Shown in pieces: positions 37,135 to 51,710 of a DNA stretch of 64,000 nt. A model generated the notes under the pieces. That model was given only the letters and a program-made list of their open reading frames with translations. It was not told where the DNA came from and ran no database searches. The stretch is from Eledone cirrhosa (taxonomy: Eukaryota), in NCBI GenBank assembly GCA_964016885.1, contig OZ024742.1:160952001-161016000 (forward strand), given 5' to 3'. The position numbers were made by a program, and so were the translations under genes. How positions within the stretch are numbered: position 1 is the first letter of the stretch; the number at the start of each line of letters is the position of its first letter.

Positions 37135-37137
<3 letters not shown>
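36680..37137 (-). mobile_element. retrozyme-like partial tandem (319-bp period) with hammerhead at 36831-36874
   Basis: Direct repeat 36680-36818 / 36999-37137; reverse complement accgtc-CCGAAGA-aggc cagtcaa gcct-GAAA-tgca-TA-gacggt; (TA)n on both sides. Confidence 0.8.
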
Positions 37138-37193
<56 letters not shown>

Positions 37194-37195
<2 letters not shown>

Positions 37196-37390
37196 GTATT
37201 TCCCGGCGCCGAAGACGCTTCGTCCACGAGGATGCACCCTAATTTTGACAACCAAAAATTTGAAAAAAAAATTTTTTTTATTTTTTTTATTTTTGAAAAA
37301 AAATAAACAACGTTCAGCCTCCAGGACGCATGGTAGATTTTTTAGACTTATTTTAGGAAAAAGTAGCGTCTTCGACGCCGGGAAATACTG
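37194..37390. mobile_element. Tc1/mariner-pogo-type MITE
   Basis: ~26-bp TIRs ccgtatttcccggcgccgaagacgct / agcgtcttcgacgccgggaaatactg flanked by TA; a TIR stub at 37416-37440. Confidence 0.85.
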
Positions 37391-37454
37391 TATATATATA
37401 TATATATATATATATACCGAATTTCCCGGCATGAAGACTACTTCAGATGATTAT

Positions 37455-38857
37455 ATATATATAATTCTTTGTCTCTCTGTCTGTCTGTTCCTATGCATTC
37501 TCTAAAAGCTGGACCAAATGAAATCAAATGTATAAGGTATTAGACCCCGGGAGTGTCAATATATAATGTTTATTTTCATTTCGATTAAAACAATATAACA
37601 TTTTATCTAAAATAATCTTTTTATAGTGTAAAGGATATTTTATACCACCACTACCACGATAACGATGTCACATTTTGTATATGAGTGTGTATGTGTCTGT
37701 GAGTGTGTGTGTTTGTGCGTTCGTTACGTAGGTTAGGCCTCAGAGAATTAAACACACACACACACATCTACACATACATACACATAATGTGTGTGAGTGT
37801 ATGTGAGAGTGTAGACGACACATTTTGTATGTGTATGTGTCTATCTTAGTATATGTATGGGAATGTATGTTAGAGTGTATGCGTGTGTGAGTGTATGTGT
37901 GTGTAAATATATGTGTGTTGACTGACATAACGATATTTTCTTTAGTTAACTATAGTAAACCACCACTACCACCACGACTATGTCATATTTTGTATATGAG
38001 TGTGTATGTGTCTGTGAGTGTGTGTGTGTTTGCGAGTTCATTACGTACGTTAGGCCTCAGAGAATTAAACACACACAGCCCACACATATATATAGCCTTA
38101 GTAAGTTGCATACACATTATCTTCACACACAGACAATTAAACACACACACACATCTACACATACAGATATATATATGTGATGACAGACAGATGTGCGTGA
38201 ATGTATGTCTGTGTGTGTCTATCTTGGTATATGTATGTGAGTGTATGTGAGAGTGTGTGTGAGAGTGTATGTGTGTGAGTGTATGTGTGTGTGAGTGTAT
38301 GTGAGAGTGTATGTGTGTGAGTGTATATGTGTGTGTGCGTGATAATTTTTATTTTCATTTGGATTAAAACAATAGAAAACAGCACAACGACGTCATGTTT
38401 TGTATATGAATATGTATGTGTCTGTGAGTGTGTGTGTGTGTGTGTTTGCGCGTTCATTGGGTACGTTATTAAATACACACATCTACACATACATGTATAT
38501 ATGTAGCGACTAACAAATTGAGGTGAAAGCTACGTGTGTGTCTGCGTGAATGTATGTCTGTGTGTGTCTGTTTTAGTATATGTATGTGAGAGTGTATGTG
38601 TGTGAGTGTGTAGCAACAATTTATTCATTTGGAAGCCAACAAAAAATCACACAATGAATATTGTTTTCCCTAAGGTGCTTCAAGATTGACAGATTTTCAT
38701 TTCTAAATTCTATTATCATTACATATTTAGATTTCTTATTATCAAATATAGATATTTTGAAATAATTATGAGGAAAAAAAACATATCTTCATATTCATTG
38801 TTTACTTATCTGAATAAGAACAGCAGTAAATTGGGCAACGCCGGGTAATTCAGCTAG
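37455..38857 (+). mobile_element. non-autonomous Helitron with internal tandem duplications (same family as 18885-19902)
   Basis: 5' ctctgtctgtctgttcctatgcattc matches the reverse complement of 19850-19880; 3' gggcaacgccggg..CTAG; similar ends at 36355-36666 and 49520-50060. Confidence 0.75.
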
Positions 38858-38929
38858 TATATATATATATATATATATATAACACATAGTTATTTTTATT
38901 ATTGTTTGTGTGTGTGCGTGTATTTTATC

Positions 38930-39720
38930 GGCAACCTAGAGAGAAATATAGATAAGCAAAGTAGTCTATCTTAGGCCAACAACCGCTATGTTGGCTCTCA
39001 TTTTGAAGGATATGCTTTTGCAATCCAAGAACAGGAAATAACTACAAAATACCTGATTCACAAAAGAGATAAGGATGCAGGCAAAACACCAAAATGTCAC
39101 AACAGATCTAGACTCTAAGGAATTAACATCGAATGTGTCACCCATAGCCTAAACAGCTGTCCGAAGATATCATCTCGATACTATCTACCTATAAGGCATG
39201 TTGAAGTGGCCAAAACGCTATACAATGCAACCCGTTGAATGGATAGTCCTGAGAATAAATATAAACAATATGAAAGATTGCTGGGGAAATGTTCCAGTCA
39301 AAACCCCAATAAAATGCAAACACAACAAACCAAACATAATAATATGGGGCAGAGAAAAGAAGATATGCAGAGTGGTGGAAGTCAACTACTTAGCCGATAT
39401 CAATATGATGCAAAAAACCTGTGAAAGGAGAATATCTATGCTGATCTAATGAGGAATCTGTAGATACTCCACTCTGACTATACCATTAAATGTATACCTA
39501 TGATCACTGGGGCTGTGGGATACCTTACTAACTGCTTCAGTATAAATATTGAGAAGCTGGGCTTCACAGAGCCAGAAAGGGCACGCTTAGTTAGAAAGTT
39601 GCCAATACAATCCATTAATGGATCTATAAACATATGTAAAACATTTCGGAAAGTCTGCATATAATAACTACATATACACATGTATAGACACAGAAACATA
39701 TGCCTGTATACAAAAATATA
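38930..39720 (+). pseudogene. decayed R4/Dong-type LINE 3' fragment (third family)
   Basis: EGYAFAIQEQEITTKY..CHNR..TH.LNSCP..RH; HNKPNIIIW..ICRVVEV; IPMITGAVG. Confidence 0.8.
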
Positions 39721-41084
39721 ACTAAAAAAATGCAAATCACACATACAATAATATCCATACTTGCACACACACACGCGCGTGCGCGCACACACACACGTAC
39801 ACACACACACACTCACATATATACATATATACATACTTATATACATACATATATACATACCTAGTTGATGTCTAAATTCCAATTAAAGAGTCTTGTGTCT
39901 ATGTTAGCCACCAGCTCTCTCATTATTGGTTAAAATATATGAAATAATAAAACTAGAAGAACATACAGAATATATGAAGACCACCTTTGGTCGTATATTT
40001 ATTTTATTTGCCATTCTGGTAGACATTTCGCTGGTTTCTCTTCATAAAAACATTGAATTGAAACGAACAACAAAGAATCAACATTGGTGGATGGATCCAC
40101 AACAATAGTGTATAACCAAAACATTAAGAAGGAATTTCATGTTGGCAATTCCTTGCATAATGTCGGTAGGTACGTTTTGGTAGTAAATTCCACCTGCCTC
40201 TTTGAGTTGATTAATATATAAAAACAAAGTGTTGACAGTTTAGTTAAAATAACTGCTACAAACAGGAAAAAGATCTTTCCTGTTAGTAAAGGAAAATATA
40301 ATTAACTCTTATGAAATATTATTCTGCATAAATAGAAAGATTAACAGAAAGTTATATCTTCATGTGGGTTAATGAAACAATAACATTTAGAAAATTGCCG
40401 CATGCATAGAACATTTTTAGCATTAGTGACTGAGACTCCCTCCCATCGGTGTTCCGATGACGAGTTATGCCCGAAACGTTGTTACACAAACATAAATTGA
40501 TTAATGCTTTCATTGAATTGACTTTTATAAACACAGGAGGCCACCACCACTGATCTTCTCGAATTCTTCTGATTACAAATGTTTAACTTGTGGCTGTTTC
40601 TCTTGTTTAGCAATAGAGAGAATCGAGTGATTTTCTTCGTGTTCTTTCCTTTCTTAGTTTTTTCCATTGTAATTTAAAGTTATATTTTTATTAAAGTCAC
40701 ATTTATTTTAATAAAATTAAACAATATTTAATTCATTTAGTCTCTCTTGTTTACAAAGGAGAGAATTGAGTTATTTACTTCATTTTCTTTTCCTTTCCTT
40801 TCTAATTTTGTTCCATGGTAATTGAAAGAGTTTTGTTTATTAAAACGATATTTATTCTAATAAAATTCAACAAAATTAAATTCCTTTACTCTCTATCTAT
40901 AGAAAGATAAAGAAAACCGATGATGAAAAACAGAATCCCACCAAATATTTAACGTTATGTCTAAATAGGAAAAATATTGCTCATAACCTGTGTGGAACAG
41001 AAAAGAAGATGGAGATAATATGAATGTAATTAAAATGAGGACCTAAAATAATCAATAAAGCTTTCAATAAAACTGTAGTGGATG

Positions 41085-41749
41085 CAGTCCTGTCAAATCT
41101 CCCCGTCGGACGGGGAGATCTCCCATCCACTTTGGAATGGGTCAAAGATGTCTTCTCGTGTAAAAATGGGTATAGCTTTCATTATGTAAAATCTCCCATT
41201 TTGTCTAATTTCTCCCCGTATTGGGGCACTTTTTTTCATGATACTCCCCGTTTGGGTTTTTAGAGGTTGGCAGCTCTGGTGGATGTAAGAGAGCGTCAAA
41301 TAGGCGAAATCCTTGGAATGAGAAATCGTATGCACTGCATGATCTTTCAAGGCTGAGGAATCATGAATTGTAGAGAGTTTACAGCAGGCGGGGTGAGGTG
41401 GCGGAGGGACATAGACTGCGAGTTTGACGGAGTCATTGTCATTTTTAGTATCAATACTAAAGAAAGAGGGAAGACATAATATTGCAGAAGACAAGGGTCC
41501 GAATATTTCCAAATAGGAGAGAAAGATAGATATTGCATTTAATGAAGTGAAGATTTCAGACCTGCCAGCTTCTAAAAACCCAAACGGGGAGTACTATGAA
41601 AAAAAGTGCCCAAAACGGGGAGAAATAAGGCAAAATTGGGAGATTTTACATAATGGAAGCTATACCCATTTTCACAAGAGAAGATATCTCTCACACACCC
41701 CAAAGTGGGTGGGAGATCTTCCCGTTGGACGGGGAGAGCTGCAAGTCTG
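41085..41749. mobile_element. two ~194-bp CAG..CTG MITEs in opposite orientation (41085-41278, 41557-41749)
   Basis: Each has short TIRs; the first is flanked by a GTGGATG duplication; the two are diverged reverse complements. Confidence 0.8.
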
Positions 41750-42150
41750 AGATTATGAGTAAAACTTTTGAGGCTATTCCCGAAATTATTAAAATAATTA
41801 GTGGATAAGTGCCGTCAATAATGGTACCGATAATGTTGACTGTATTTAATGTTTGGAGTCCAGGATTGGTATACCATATATACCAGGATTACTGGATGTA
41901 TGTGAACAATCACACAACCTTGGAAATTTGCCTTTTGATGAATTAATTGTTTACCTTATAGATATGTTTGCTTACAGAGACGTGGAAGTGATTAAAAATA
42001 TAAACGATATTTTAATCATTTATTTCTAGGGTATAACAGATTAAACGTAACTGGAGATATAGCTATTTGCAGGAACAAATGTAGGGTTAGAACCCAGGAC
42101 TTTGTGACTTTGTGACAAGAAGAGCGAGCTAGAAAATGTATTGTGTGTTT

Positions 42151-42276
<126 letters not shown>

Positions 42277-45200
42277 ATTCAGAGAGAGCGAGAGAGATAG
42301 GGTGAATGAAGGGACAGAAAAAAAGAGAAAGAATGTTTTATTAACCGAGACTGCTGAAGCAGTGATTCAGGGGTCTATGTATACGTGTGTGTACATTTTA
42401 AAGAGTTACAGACGGAGATACATATAAACATATAAATATACTTGGCATATTTTTAGGGTTATTAGCCATTATACTAATGTTGTCTTTTCTTCACCCCATA
42501 AGTATTTCAAATTAAAAGTTTAATTAACAGTACATTAAATATGTGGTTGCAAACATGGATGCGTGTTTGAGAAGTTCGCTTCGCAATCATGAGTTTGATC
42601 CTACGGAGTGGGCAAGTTGAACAAGTATCTTTTACTATAACCTCAAGTCGACTGAACCATGTGAGATATAATAGGGACACTGAGAAAATCCTTCAGGTGG
42701 ACTGTACCTATAATTCAAAGATCTTGCCTTCTCGGATTGTGTTAAACTGGTTCTGCTAGAGGATTCTACCAAGGGACACATTTTTATGGAATAAATAACC
42801 ACTAACGTCAATTTAACTAGGTGGACTTTCGATCGATCGAATAACTAAATGTTCACAGTCGAAAATGACAGAATCAATGATTAAATACGCTAACACCAAT
42901 TTAACTTACATCACTTTGAAAATGTTTTGTATTTACTATGTAGCAGAATATGTCATCGCTGGTTTCTTGTGGTTCTATTGTTTCACTTTAATTTTGTTTA
43001 GAGTTGAGTGTAGCATAAAAACTAAAAACCTAGCAAGTTGAAATCTAACCCCGCCTCGGGCGAAGATATATATTTTGTTGTAGCGCTGTTGACTGAAAAA
43101 CAACAATTTTCCAGAGCCGCGCGAATTGATAGAGTCGATAGCACGTTGAATATAATGCCTTGCGGTATTCGATCCTGCTCTCTTTCAAATTTTGCCGAAG
43201 CCTTTGATGTTCGATAAAAAAAATTGTACCACTACAGTACTGGGGTCGATTCTCCCTCTATATCTTTTTCACCCTTACTCTCTATCACTATCTTTCCTTA
43301 TTTTAAAGATATCTGCTGTATTCAGACCTGGAGATGGATGAACTCCGCCAAATTCAAAATTCCTGAAAAATGCCCTATGTCACTACGGCACCCCTACTAT
43401 TCCACCAGGAGTGACGTGCCTGTACCTAAATACACATCAACTTTCTATTCTTTATCTATCTAAAATTTTAGATCGTTGTTTTTTAATCAAAAGAAACCAA
43501 TATTTTGTTGCTTCTCATCGCTTTAAATATGTTGAGAAATATATCAGAATAAAGATTCTGTTAATTCGGGTTTCACATGATTTTTTCTTAGATTACTCAT
43601 TAGCTCTAGCTATCTGGTGTCAGAGCTGAAATGTCAGCCAACACTAATATTTGCGCAAATGATTTGTCACAGATTTTACGTGTAATTTTGGTAAACGCAT
43701 GACATTTATAGGCAATGCCTTATGGTACAGACGAACGAATTTTGAGAAAGAAACAAAATAAATATGGAATGGCATTGTAAAAGAGCCAGTTATTTCTTTT
43801 ATACGAGCGACACACGGATCTTCTTACTCATATGATATTTGGCATTTGTACATTGTGAGATACCTAGCTTCTTGAAGACAGGATATGTCATATATAATAA
43901 TGTTCAAGTGAAACTGCCCCCCTCTAATACTAAACCTGGTTAAATGAGGATAAATAACTGCTGGTAGTTTTGACTGATATTCAATGTTTTTTCATCGAAA
44001 GTGAAGACTAAAGATTGAAGAAATCAATGATAGTATGCGTTTTCTTTCTCCTTGAAGTATAAACACAACAGAACAAAAGTGAATAAAGATCTGTATATCT
44101 GAACTTTAGAGGAGAGATCAGTGATTCCCGACCTTTTCACTTCCAAGAACCAAGGATCCCTTTTATTTAAATGAATTTTCCCACGGATACCCTACTACAA
44201 TTACTATCCGAACAGATTTTTATACAGTGAGAATAACAATCGAGAGAAAAAAATGTTTATACTTCGAGAAGAATGGAATACCCAGGAGGAGTATTATTAT
44301 GTGTTTAAAAAAAGTAGTTGAAATTTTGAACTTAGTTGTCGGAACACCAGTTCTACTTTTGCGAACGTCTATGATCGTCGGATCCCAGACCTGGAACTGC
44401 TAAAATAGGGGACAGAGAACCACGGCTTTAAAATTGCATGTGGAATTCTAAATCTATGCTTTTCATTTATTATAGAAATAATGGAAGCAGCATGCCTAAA
44501 CGGTTAAACAGCTCGTGTTGCACTAATAAATGTTTGATCACGGCAAAACTATAGCTACCGAAGAGATAAAAATATAAATTAGACTTTGATGAACCATACA
44601 AAATATAAGATACTCATTATTACACTTTTTAACTATATAAACTATATAAACTATATATAAACTATATAAAGCTTGCACATTTCAAACAACATTTATCTGT
44701 TATATTTTTTCGCTCCATGCTGTAGTGTAGATGAGTCTATCCTTGAACTGATGTGAATGATCCAGCTGACCCCTGGAAAGACAGCTGAAAGAAACAGGGG
44801 ATTCGTAAATGGTCTCGCCCTGAGCCCATTGCTACATACACTACAAAGAGAAATAAGAAAAGATGTCCCTAGTATTCACCGAAAGGGGAAAACCGTGACA
44901 ACACAGAAATGACCCGAACAGTTCAAAGGATTATGGGCTCAGGATAATAAATGTACTTCCCATGCGTCTGTGGACGGAAATTTAGCTCTGAAAAAAGAAT
45001 GAAAATTCACCGGACAAAGATTGGTTGTGTCTATCTACCAGTGACTCAAAAGTAGCACTCTGTTCTTACAGACAAGACGTCGGAACACTAAGGCCTGGGT
45101 AAAAGGTACAGTGCTGAGGAAACCCAAACACTGGTGGCGGGGCACAGCCCAGGCGTCCTAGAATCAAATTTCCTCCAGTAAGCAGATGGAAAGTCTGGAA

Positions 45201-45572
45201 TCAGCTTAGTGATGCAATCTGTCAAGCCCTTTACAAAGAACTGGATTGATGTGAAGAGTTAGTTCTACCGATGGTCCTCGGTGCCGAGTGGTGTACACCA
45301 CAGCAACGGTAAAAAAGATCATCGGAAAGTTCCGGGTTCATATCCTACTTGAGGAAGGAAAATAACACCAGGAGGACTATTATGAGTCATGAACTAGGTG
45401 GGCCCGGTTCCCTTAGGGTATCAAGAGGAATCAATGGCCAAACAATTTGCTTAATGGGGGTTCTTCTTCTGAAGATCCTCCTGCTGACCGCTCACCTCAT
45501 CACGAGTTTCCACCTTACAATCCCGCTTAGGATGAAAGTAGAAATTATTTGCTTAAACTTTTAATTTGTACT

Positions 45573-45604
<32 letters not shown>

Positions 45605-45748
45605 TCCACCACTCCCCCACACACCCTCGGAACTCTCTTCCTACCCACTGTTCTCCTGAAACGTCGAAACCCTCCACTCTCAAGCGCGAAACTAAAAACC
45701 ATATCATTTGTGCTGCCTCTCTGTTTTTTGTTCTCTGTTCATTTATTA

Positions 45749-45800
<52 letters not shown>

Positions 45801-47064
45801 ATGATGATACTATTTATAGTTATGTATATACTATAAACAACTATAAACAGGAAAGGTCAGTAATTTCCTACTACCTTAATACCAGTAAGGGAAATAGCTC
45901 AATGTAAGAACATCAGATGTTTTACAGAGCAGGAATATAAATTACACAATTATAACATAATATAATGTATATTAATAACTGTTTCTACTTTTGGCACAAG
46001 GCCATCAATTATTCCAGTATATTACTGGTACTTTATTTTATCGACCCCGTAAGGATGAAAGGCAAAGTTAACCTCGGCGGGATTTGAACTCAGATCGTAA
46101 AGGGACATAACTATGCTGGAACACAAGATATTTAACTAATTGGACCTGTAAACAGCTATACATTTTTCCATAACCTATATCTTCTCCAGTAAGGGATAGA
46201 TAACAATGTAATGAGACCTTTAATGTATTATAGGAAAATAGACTGCATTTAAAATTAAATATATATAAATAACATTATATAGAAGGGGTTCACTTGTAAC
46301 ACAATATAATGTATATTAGAGCAAGGAATTTAAATAATTTATACTTTCATACATAATTTAATTTAATTAGCTAGTTACCTCCTTTTCGCATTAGCTCCCC
46401 TTAATTTTGAATCTCATACTCACTTCCGGAAATTAAATCGTTAGAAAAACTCGCTGTAGAACAACTCTAATCCATGGATAAGAATTCAATAGGACCAATT
46501 TACAATCCATTGCTGTAACTAACTAAAAACATTCAATATAAACATTAACTAAAATATAATTTAACATATGTAATGGAAAAGATAACAATAACTTTGATAC
46601 TCTCAACACATACACATTTGAATACTACAGAAATAATCATCACATTACATCCACCATAAATGTTAATACACTAACATCTTTACTTGATATGCTTGTATAT
46701 CTGTGTTATTTTATGTGATACCTTTGCCATGTAGTATTTATATATGCCTAATAGCATTGCTTGTTTCCTTCATATATATGACTAACGCATTTGCACCCTC
46801 TACACGCTTGCGTATGTACTGCTAGTGTCCTCATTCTTCCTCAATGCCTCTTTAATTATTAGACTATTCCCTTGTATTATCTATCGCATGTATTCCACTC
46901 TGTGCTTTTAATTTTAATTTGAATTTGAATTATTGTACAATTCTCGTATAATATATGTCGCATCCATTCCACTCTGTAAATACGAAACTGTTGTTCACAA
47001 CATCAATATATATGTATCTATATGATTGTTCAGTTGAATAGGAGGTTAATTATATGTACAAACA

Positions 47065-47119
47065 TTGCTAATTCTCCGATGATTCCAAACGAAAGTTTGG
47101 AAGAAATGATTGTCAGCAA
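47065..47119 (+). ncRNA. hammerhead-like motif (U4C)
   Basis: ct-CCGATGA-ttccaaac gaaa gtttggaa-GAAA-tgattg-TC-ag, followed by AATAAA; a related 5'-truncated motif lies at 48080-48115. Confidence 0.6.
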
Positions 47120-47157
47120 TAAAAGGATTTGAACATAACTTTGATAATTGTGTAATT

Positions 47158-47224
<67 letters not shown>

Positions 47225-47585
47225 TTTTATTAACTGAGCCTGCTGGAGCAGTGATTCGGAGGTCTATAAACGCCTTGGTAAGTGCCATGTCACGAAACGC
47301 TAAGCACCAGCTAATAGAATGTTTTGCGTATTGTGTTTTTCTTCCGTTTGTAAAGCCAAACACACTACATATATATGTATATCTAGTATATTTTTTTATA
47401 CTGGCCTGTTTCAAAGTACAAAAATATATTAGATAACCATGTTATATTCTGCTTTTTGTAAAAGAAAATATGTATATATATATATATATAAGATAATATA
47501 TTTTATATGAAATAATTTCCTTTCATTTTGCACTGGAAATTGGATTACAGAAAAAAAATCATTGCGTGTATCTTTAACTCTTATT

Positions 47586-47772
47586 GGTGGATTGGCAGTA
47601 TCGGTAGAGAGTCGGACACCATGCTTTGAAGCATAGAGTTACGTCCCTTTATGATCTGAGTTCAAATCCCGCCGAGGTTAACTTTGCCTTTCAATCTTAC
47701 GGGGTCGATAAAATAAAGTACCAGTAATGTACTGGGTAATTGCTGGCCTTGTGCCTAAAATAGAAACAATTA
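47586..47772 (+). mobile_element. tRNA-derived SINE (other dispersed copies ~45975-46120, 51121-51310, 55005-55205, 56275-56465)
   Basis: Same A/B boxes, core and tail as the array at 21120-22320. Confidence 0.9.
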
Positions 47773-47784
47773 TATATATATAGG

Positions 47785-48000
47785 CTAAAGATCCCTTTCG
47801 GTCACGAATGACCTTGAGATTTGCATCTAGAAAGTTTCCTTCCGCGGTACAAGTCCGGACAAGGCTGTTTGCGGAAGACCAGCAGTCGCCCATGTATAAC
47901 AGCCACACCTCTCCACATCACCGATGCTGTCCAAAGAAAAGGCAATGGCCGATACAGCTTGGCATCAGTGAAATTGTAACTCATTTCTACAATGAGTAAA
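47785..48000 (-). mobile_element. 3' portion of another SINE family
   Basis: Shares aactcatttctac with the SINE at 20858-21110; GC-richer island between TA tracts. Confidence 0.5.
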
Positions 48001-48258
48001 TGAATATTAAAACTCTACTCCGGTATTGAGTACTCTTTTCTCTCAGCCATCAACCACATACGGATATATATATATATATATGAGTCCTTATTAATGGGAC
48101 GAAACATTGTCAGCAAATAAAGATGTTTGATGAATTAAAGGCTTCTTTGTTTATTTTTTATATAATTTTTTATATAATTTTTATATAAATATATATATAT
48201 ATATATATATCATAAATCATGTCTTTAGAATCAGCAGATAAAATATATACTATTTCTT

Positions 48259-48327
<69 letters not shown>

Positions 48328-48361
48328 AGATTTGAATGGATACAGTTTAGTTGAAAGGAAT

Positions 48362-48478
48362 TTATTGACACGTGTTTCTATAACAGTTACATAACCTAAA
48401 ACAGCTATCTACAAACTTTTAGTTATGCAGACATTCAATATTTCAATGTTATTGTTTACTGTCATTTCATCAGAATAA
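48362..48478 (-). ncRNA. type I hammerhead with long branched stem II
   Basis: Reverse complement: ttatt-CTGATGA-a atgacagt [two hairpins] actgttat a-GAAA-cacgtg-TC-aataa. Confidence 0.8.
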
Positions 48479-49137
48479 TATTACTGAGGACCTATTTAGT
48501 TTTTATAGAGAATATTAGGAGGAAGGGGTGAAGTTGTTAGAAGAATAGTTGAAGGAGTGGTTTTTCGATAGCAGTGAGAATTCTTGGTGGCAGTGATTAA
48601 TTAGATTCCCATCTGTTGTTTTGACATTTTTTATAGAATATATTATTGGTTATTTTTCTAAATCTATAGAAGGATTAGAGATAGTAAAGATATGCGTGGT
48701 TGGTTTTGTGTTTGCACTTAACATTCAGACTTAAATTTTTCTTTCAAGTGTACGTATTCTTTCACCCACGCATTCACACACAAATATATTTGCACACCTC
48801 TACAAAATACATATACTCACAATTCACATATTCATACTTACATATATATACACATGCATACACATATATATACACACATGTATTCATGTACATACATACG
48901 CGCTCATGTGTATACATTTTCATACTCAACTTATATATATATATATAAGATCAAAAGATGGTTAAAAGAGTTCCATGTATTTTATTATGCGCATTTCAAA
49001 AACAAATATCATCATGCGATGACATTTGCATTTTCGTCAGATAAAATAGGGAGACATGATATGAAGGTTAAAAAACACTTGTGAATAGTGCAGTTTTAAA
49101 TCAACCTATTTATTGTACTACAATAAAACTCACCTCC

Positions 49138-49226
<89 letters not shown>

Positions 49227-49935
49227 ATACTTTGGGAGGGTCATATATCCGTGTATATATGTATATATATATACACGGATATATATTTATATATATATAT
49301 ACACGGATATACATTTGAACTGAAAAAATCAATACATTACAAATTCGATGATTGCACTTGGCGTGGGTCGATTTGAAAATTTTTTTTACCGATGTCTCCG
49401 CCGGACTTTCATCTATGAGTGTAGCAATTTCACCGAAATTTGAACGTACGGTTTAGGAAATGTGTGCCGACGGTTTTAGTAGACAGACAGACAGGCAACC
49501 TCAGTTTTATATATCTAAACTAGCAGAAAACCACCCGGTGGGCAGTTTTCTGCTAGCAAATCTAGTATATATATATATATATTACACACACAGAAATGTA
49601 TATATATTTCTGTGTGTATATATATATATATTACACACACAGAAATGTATATATATTTCTGTGTGTATATATATATATTTCTGTGTGTGTATACATATAT
49701 ATATTACACACACACAGAAATGTATATATGTTTCTGTAGCACTCCTCAATTCCCCCCTCTCCCCCCCCCCCCGCTATCCCCCTCTTGTAGACTGTCTCTT
49801 TCTTTCACTCTCACTCTCTCTCTACGCGGGCGCAAAAAACATTCGCATGCGCGCACGTGATTTAGCGTCTATTCACTCTCTCTCTCTCTCCCTCTCTCCC
49901 TCCCGCTATCCCCCTCTCGTAGTCTGTCTCTTTCT

Positions 49936-49967
<32 letters not shown>

Positions 49968-51593
49968 ACGCGTGCGCAAAAAAACATTCGCACGCGCGCA
50001 CGTGTTTCCACTGTCGGACAGACAGACAGAGAAATTGCTGGTTATATATTATAAGGAGATATGATAGTTCAAGAGAAAGCGTGTAGGGTCCATAAACTCC
50101 TATATATATATATATATATATAATAACAGAAAATACACAGAAAAAGAGTTACATAAGACGAACAGACAACTGCATCAAATATGTGTGTGTCTGTGTATGT
50201 GTGTGTGTATCTGTGTGTCTGTGTCTGTGTCTCTATGTGTGTCTTAATACGAAAGAAAGTCCTGTCTCCTGAGTAGATAGTCAATACATAATTAATTTCT
50301 GTATGAAATTAATATTTATATTTTATCGTCCAATAGGCAAAGGAATGTAAGAGAGAGTCAGTCAACCTGGGCGGGATTTGTATTAGACATAAAACAACAC
50401 GTTATATACAATGGGGACCGCAGATCGCTACTATCTGCGCCAAATCAACTACACCGGGAGATAATTAGTCCAAAGAGATCTATCTCGCTACTCAGAGCAA
50501 CCCTCCGCTCCATCATTGATAACATCCTTCATAGGAGGTCCTTAAGAAAATGTGTTGGAGCCACTGGCAACAGAAGATCATTATAGACATCATCATCATC
50601 ATCATAGTTATCATCAGGGTTATCATCATCATCGTCATCATCTCCGTTATCATTTTCATCATCCTCATCATTCTTATCATGATCATTTTTCTTATTATTA
50701 TTAAACATTTGATTAAATGTCACTTTCCTCCTTCTGTTTGAGTGTTTATGTATATTTATACGCCACACACACACACACACACATATACACATACACATAC
50801 ACACACACTCACAAACAGATACATACACACACACAAATACATATATATGTGTGTGTGTGTCCATATATTCACATACCCAAACACAAATGAAGAATGCTGG
50901 GGAGATAACTCATATAGTCTGAGCTGATCCAAGTCTTTTGGAACAAATTTAGACAATGCTGCGATCGTGATCCTTGTCTATATGTTAACTTGGTGAAAGG
51001 AACGGCCTCACTGTGAACACCGTCACGTACTCCCAACCAATCTCGCACGACTATCGCTATTATCATTCTCCAGTCATCAACATAATTATCATCCTCATCT
51101 CAGTCGTTGTCTTCGTCTTGGGGTATTGGCAGTATCGGTAGAGGGTCGGACGCCATGCTTTGCAGCATAGAGTTACGGCCCTTTGCAGTCTGAGTTCAGA
51201 TCCCGCCGAGGTTAACTTTGCCTTTCATCCTTACGGGGGTCGATAAAATAAAGTACCAGTAATTCACTGGTATAATTGCTGGCCTTGTGCCAAAAGTAGA
51301 AACAATTATTAGAAGTGGCAGCAACACAAACTTCCGATATCAAAAAAATAATATATATATGTAAAAAGTCAACAAGGAAAAAACACGGGAAAACAAAACA
51401 ATACAATGATGATACATATTAGTTTAACAATTGATATAGTACTAAAGAGACGTCACGTTTCTGACGTTAGTCGGTCATCGCAATATAGAATGAGAAATAG
51501 AAGACATAGAACGATAGAATTACGTAAGAAAAAAATGAAACGGGGAAAGATTTTTGTATATATATATATGTGTGTGTATGTGTGTGTGTGTGT

Positions 51594-51710
<117 letters not shown>

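Noticed and set aside
40450-40485. CCGATGA..GAAA-cg-TT motif
   Set aside because: Stem I does not pair and stem II is weak
44700-45560. GC-richer stretch resembling a LINE 5' region
   Set aside because: No protein motif or terminus could be identified by eye
51446-51485. Minus-strand GCGATGA..GAAA-cgtgacg-TC
   Set aside because: Core altered and no stem I; a possible remnant only
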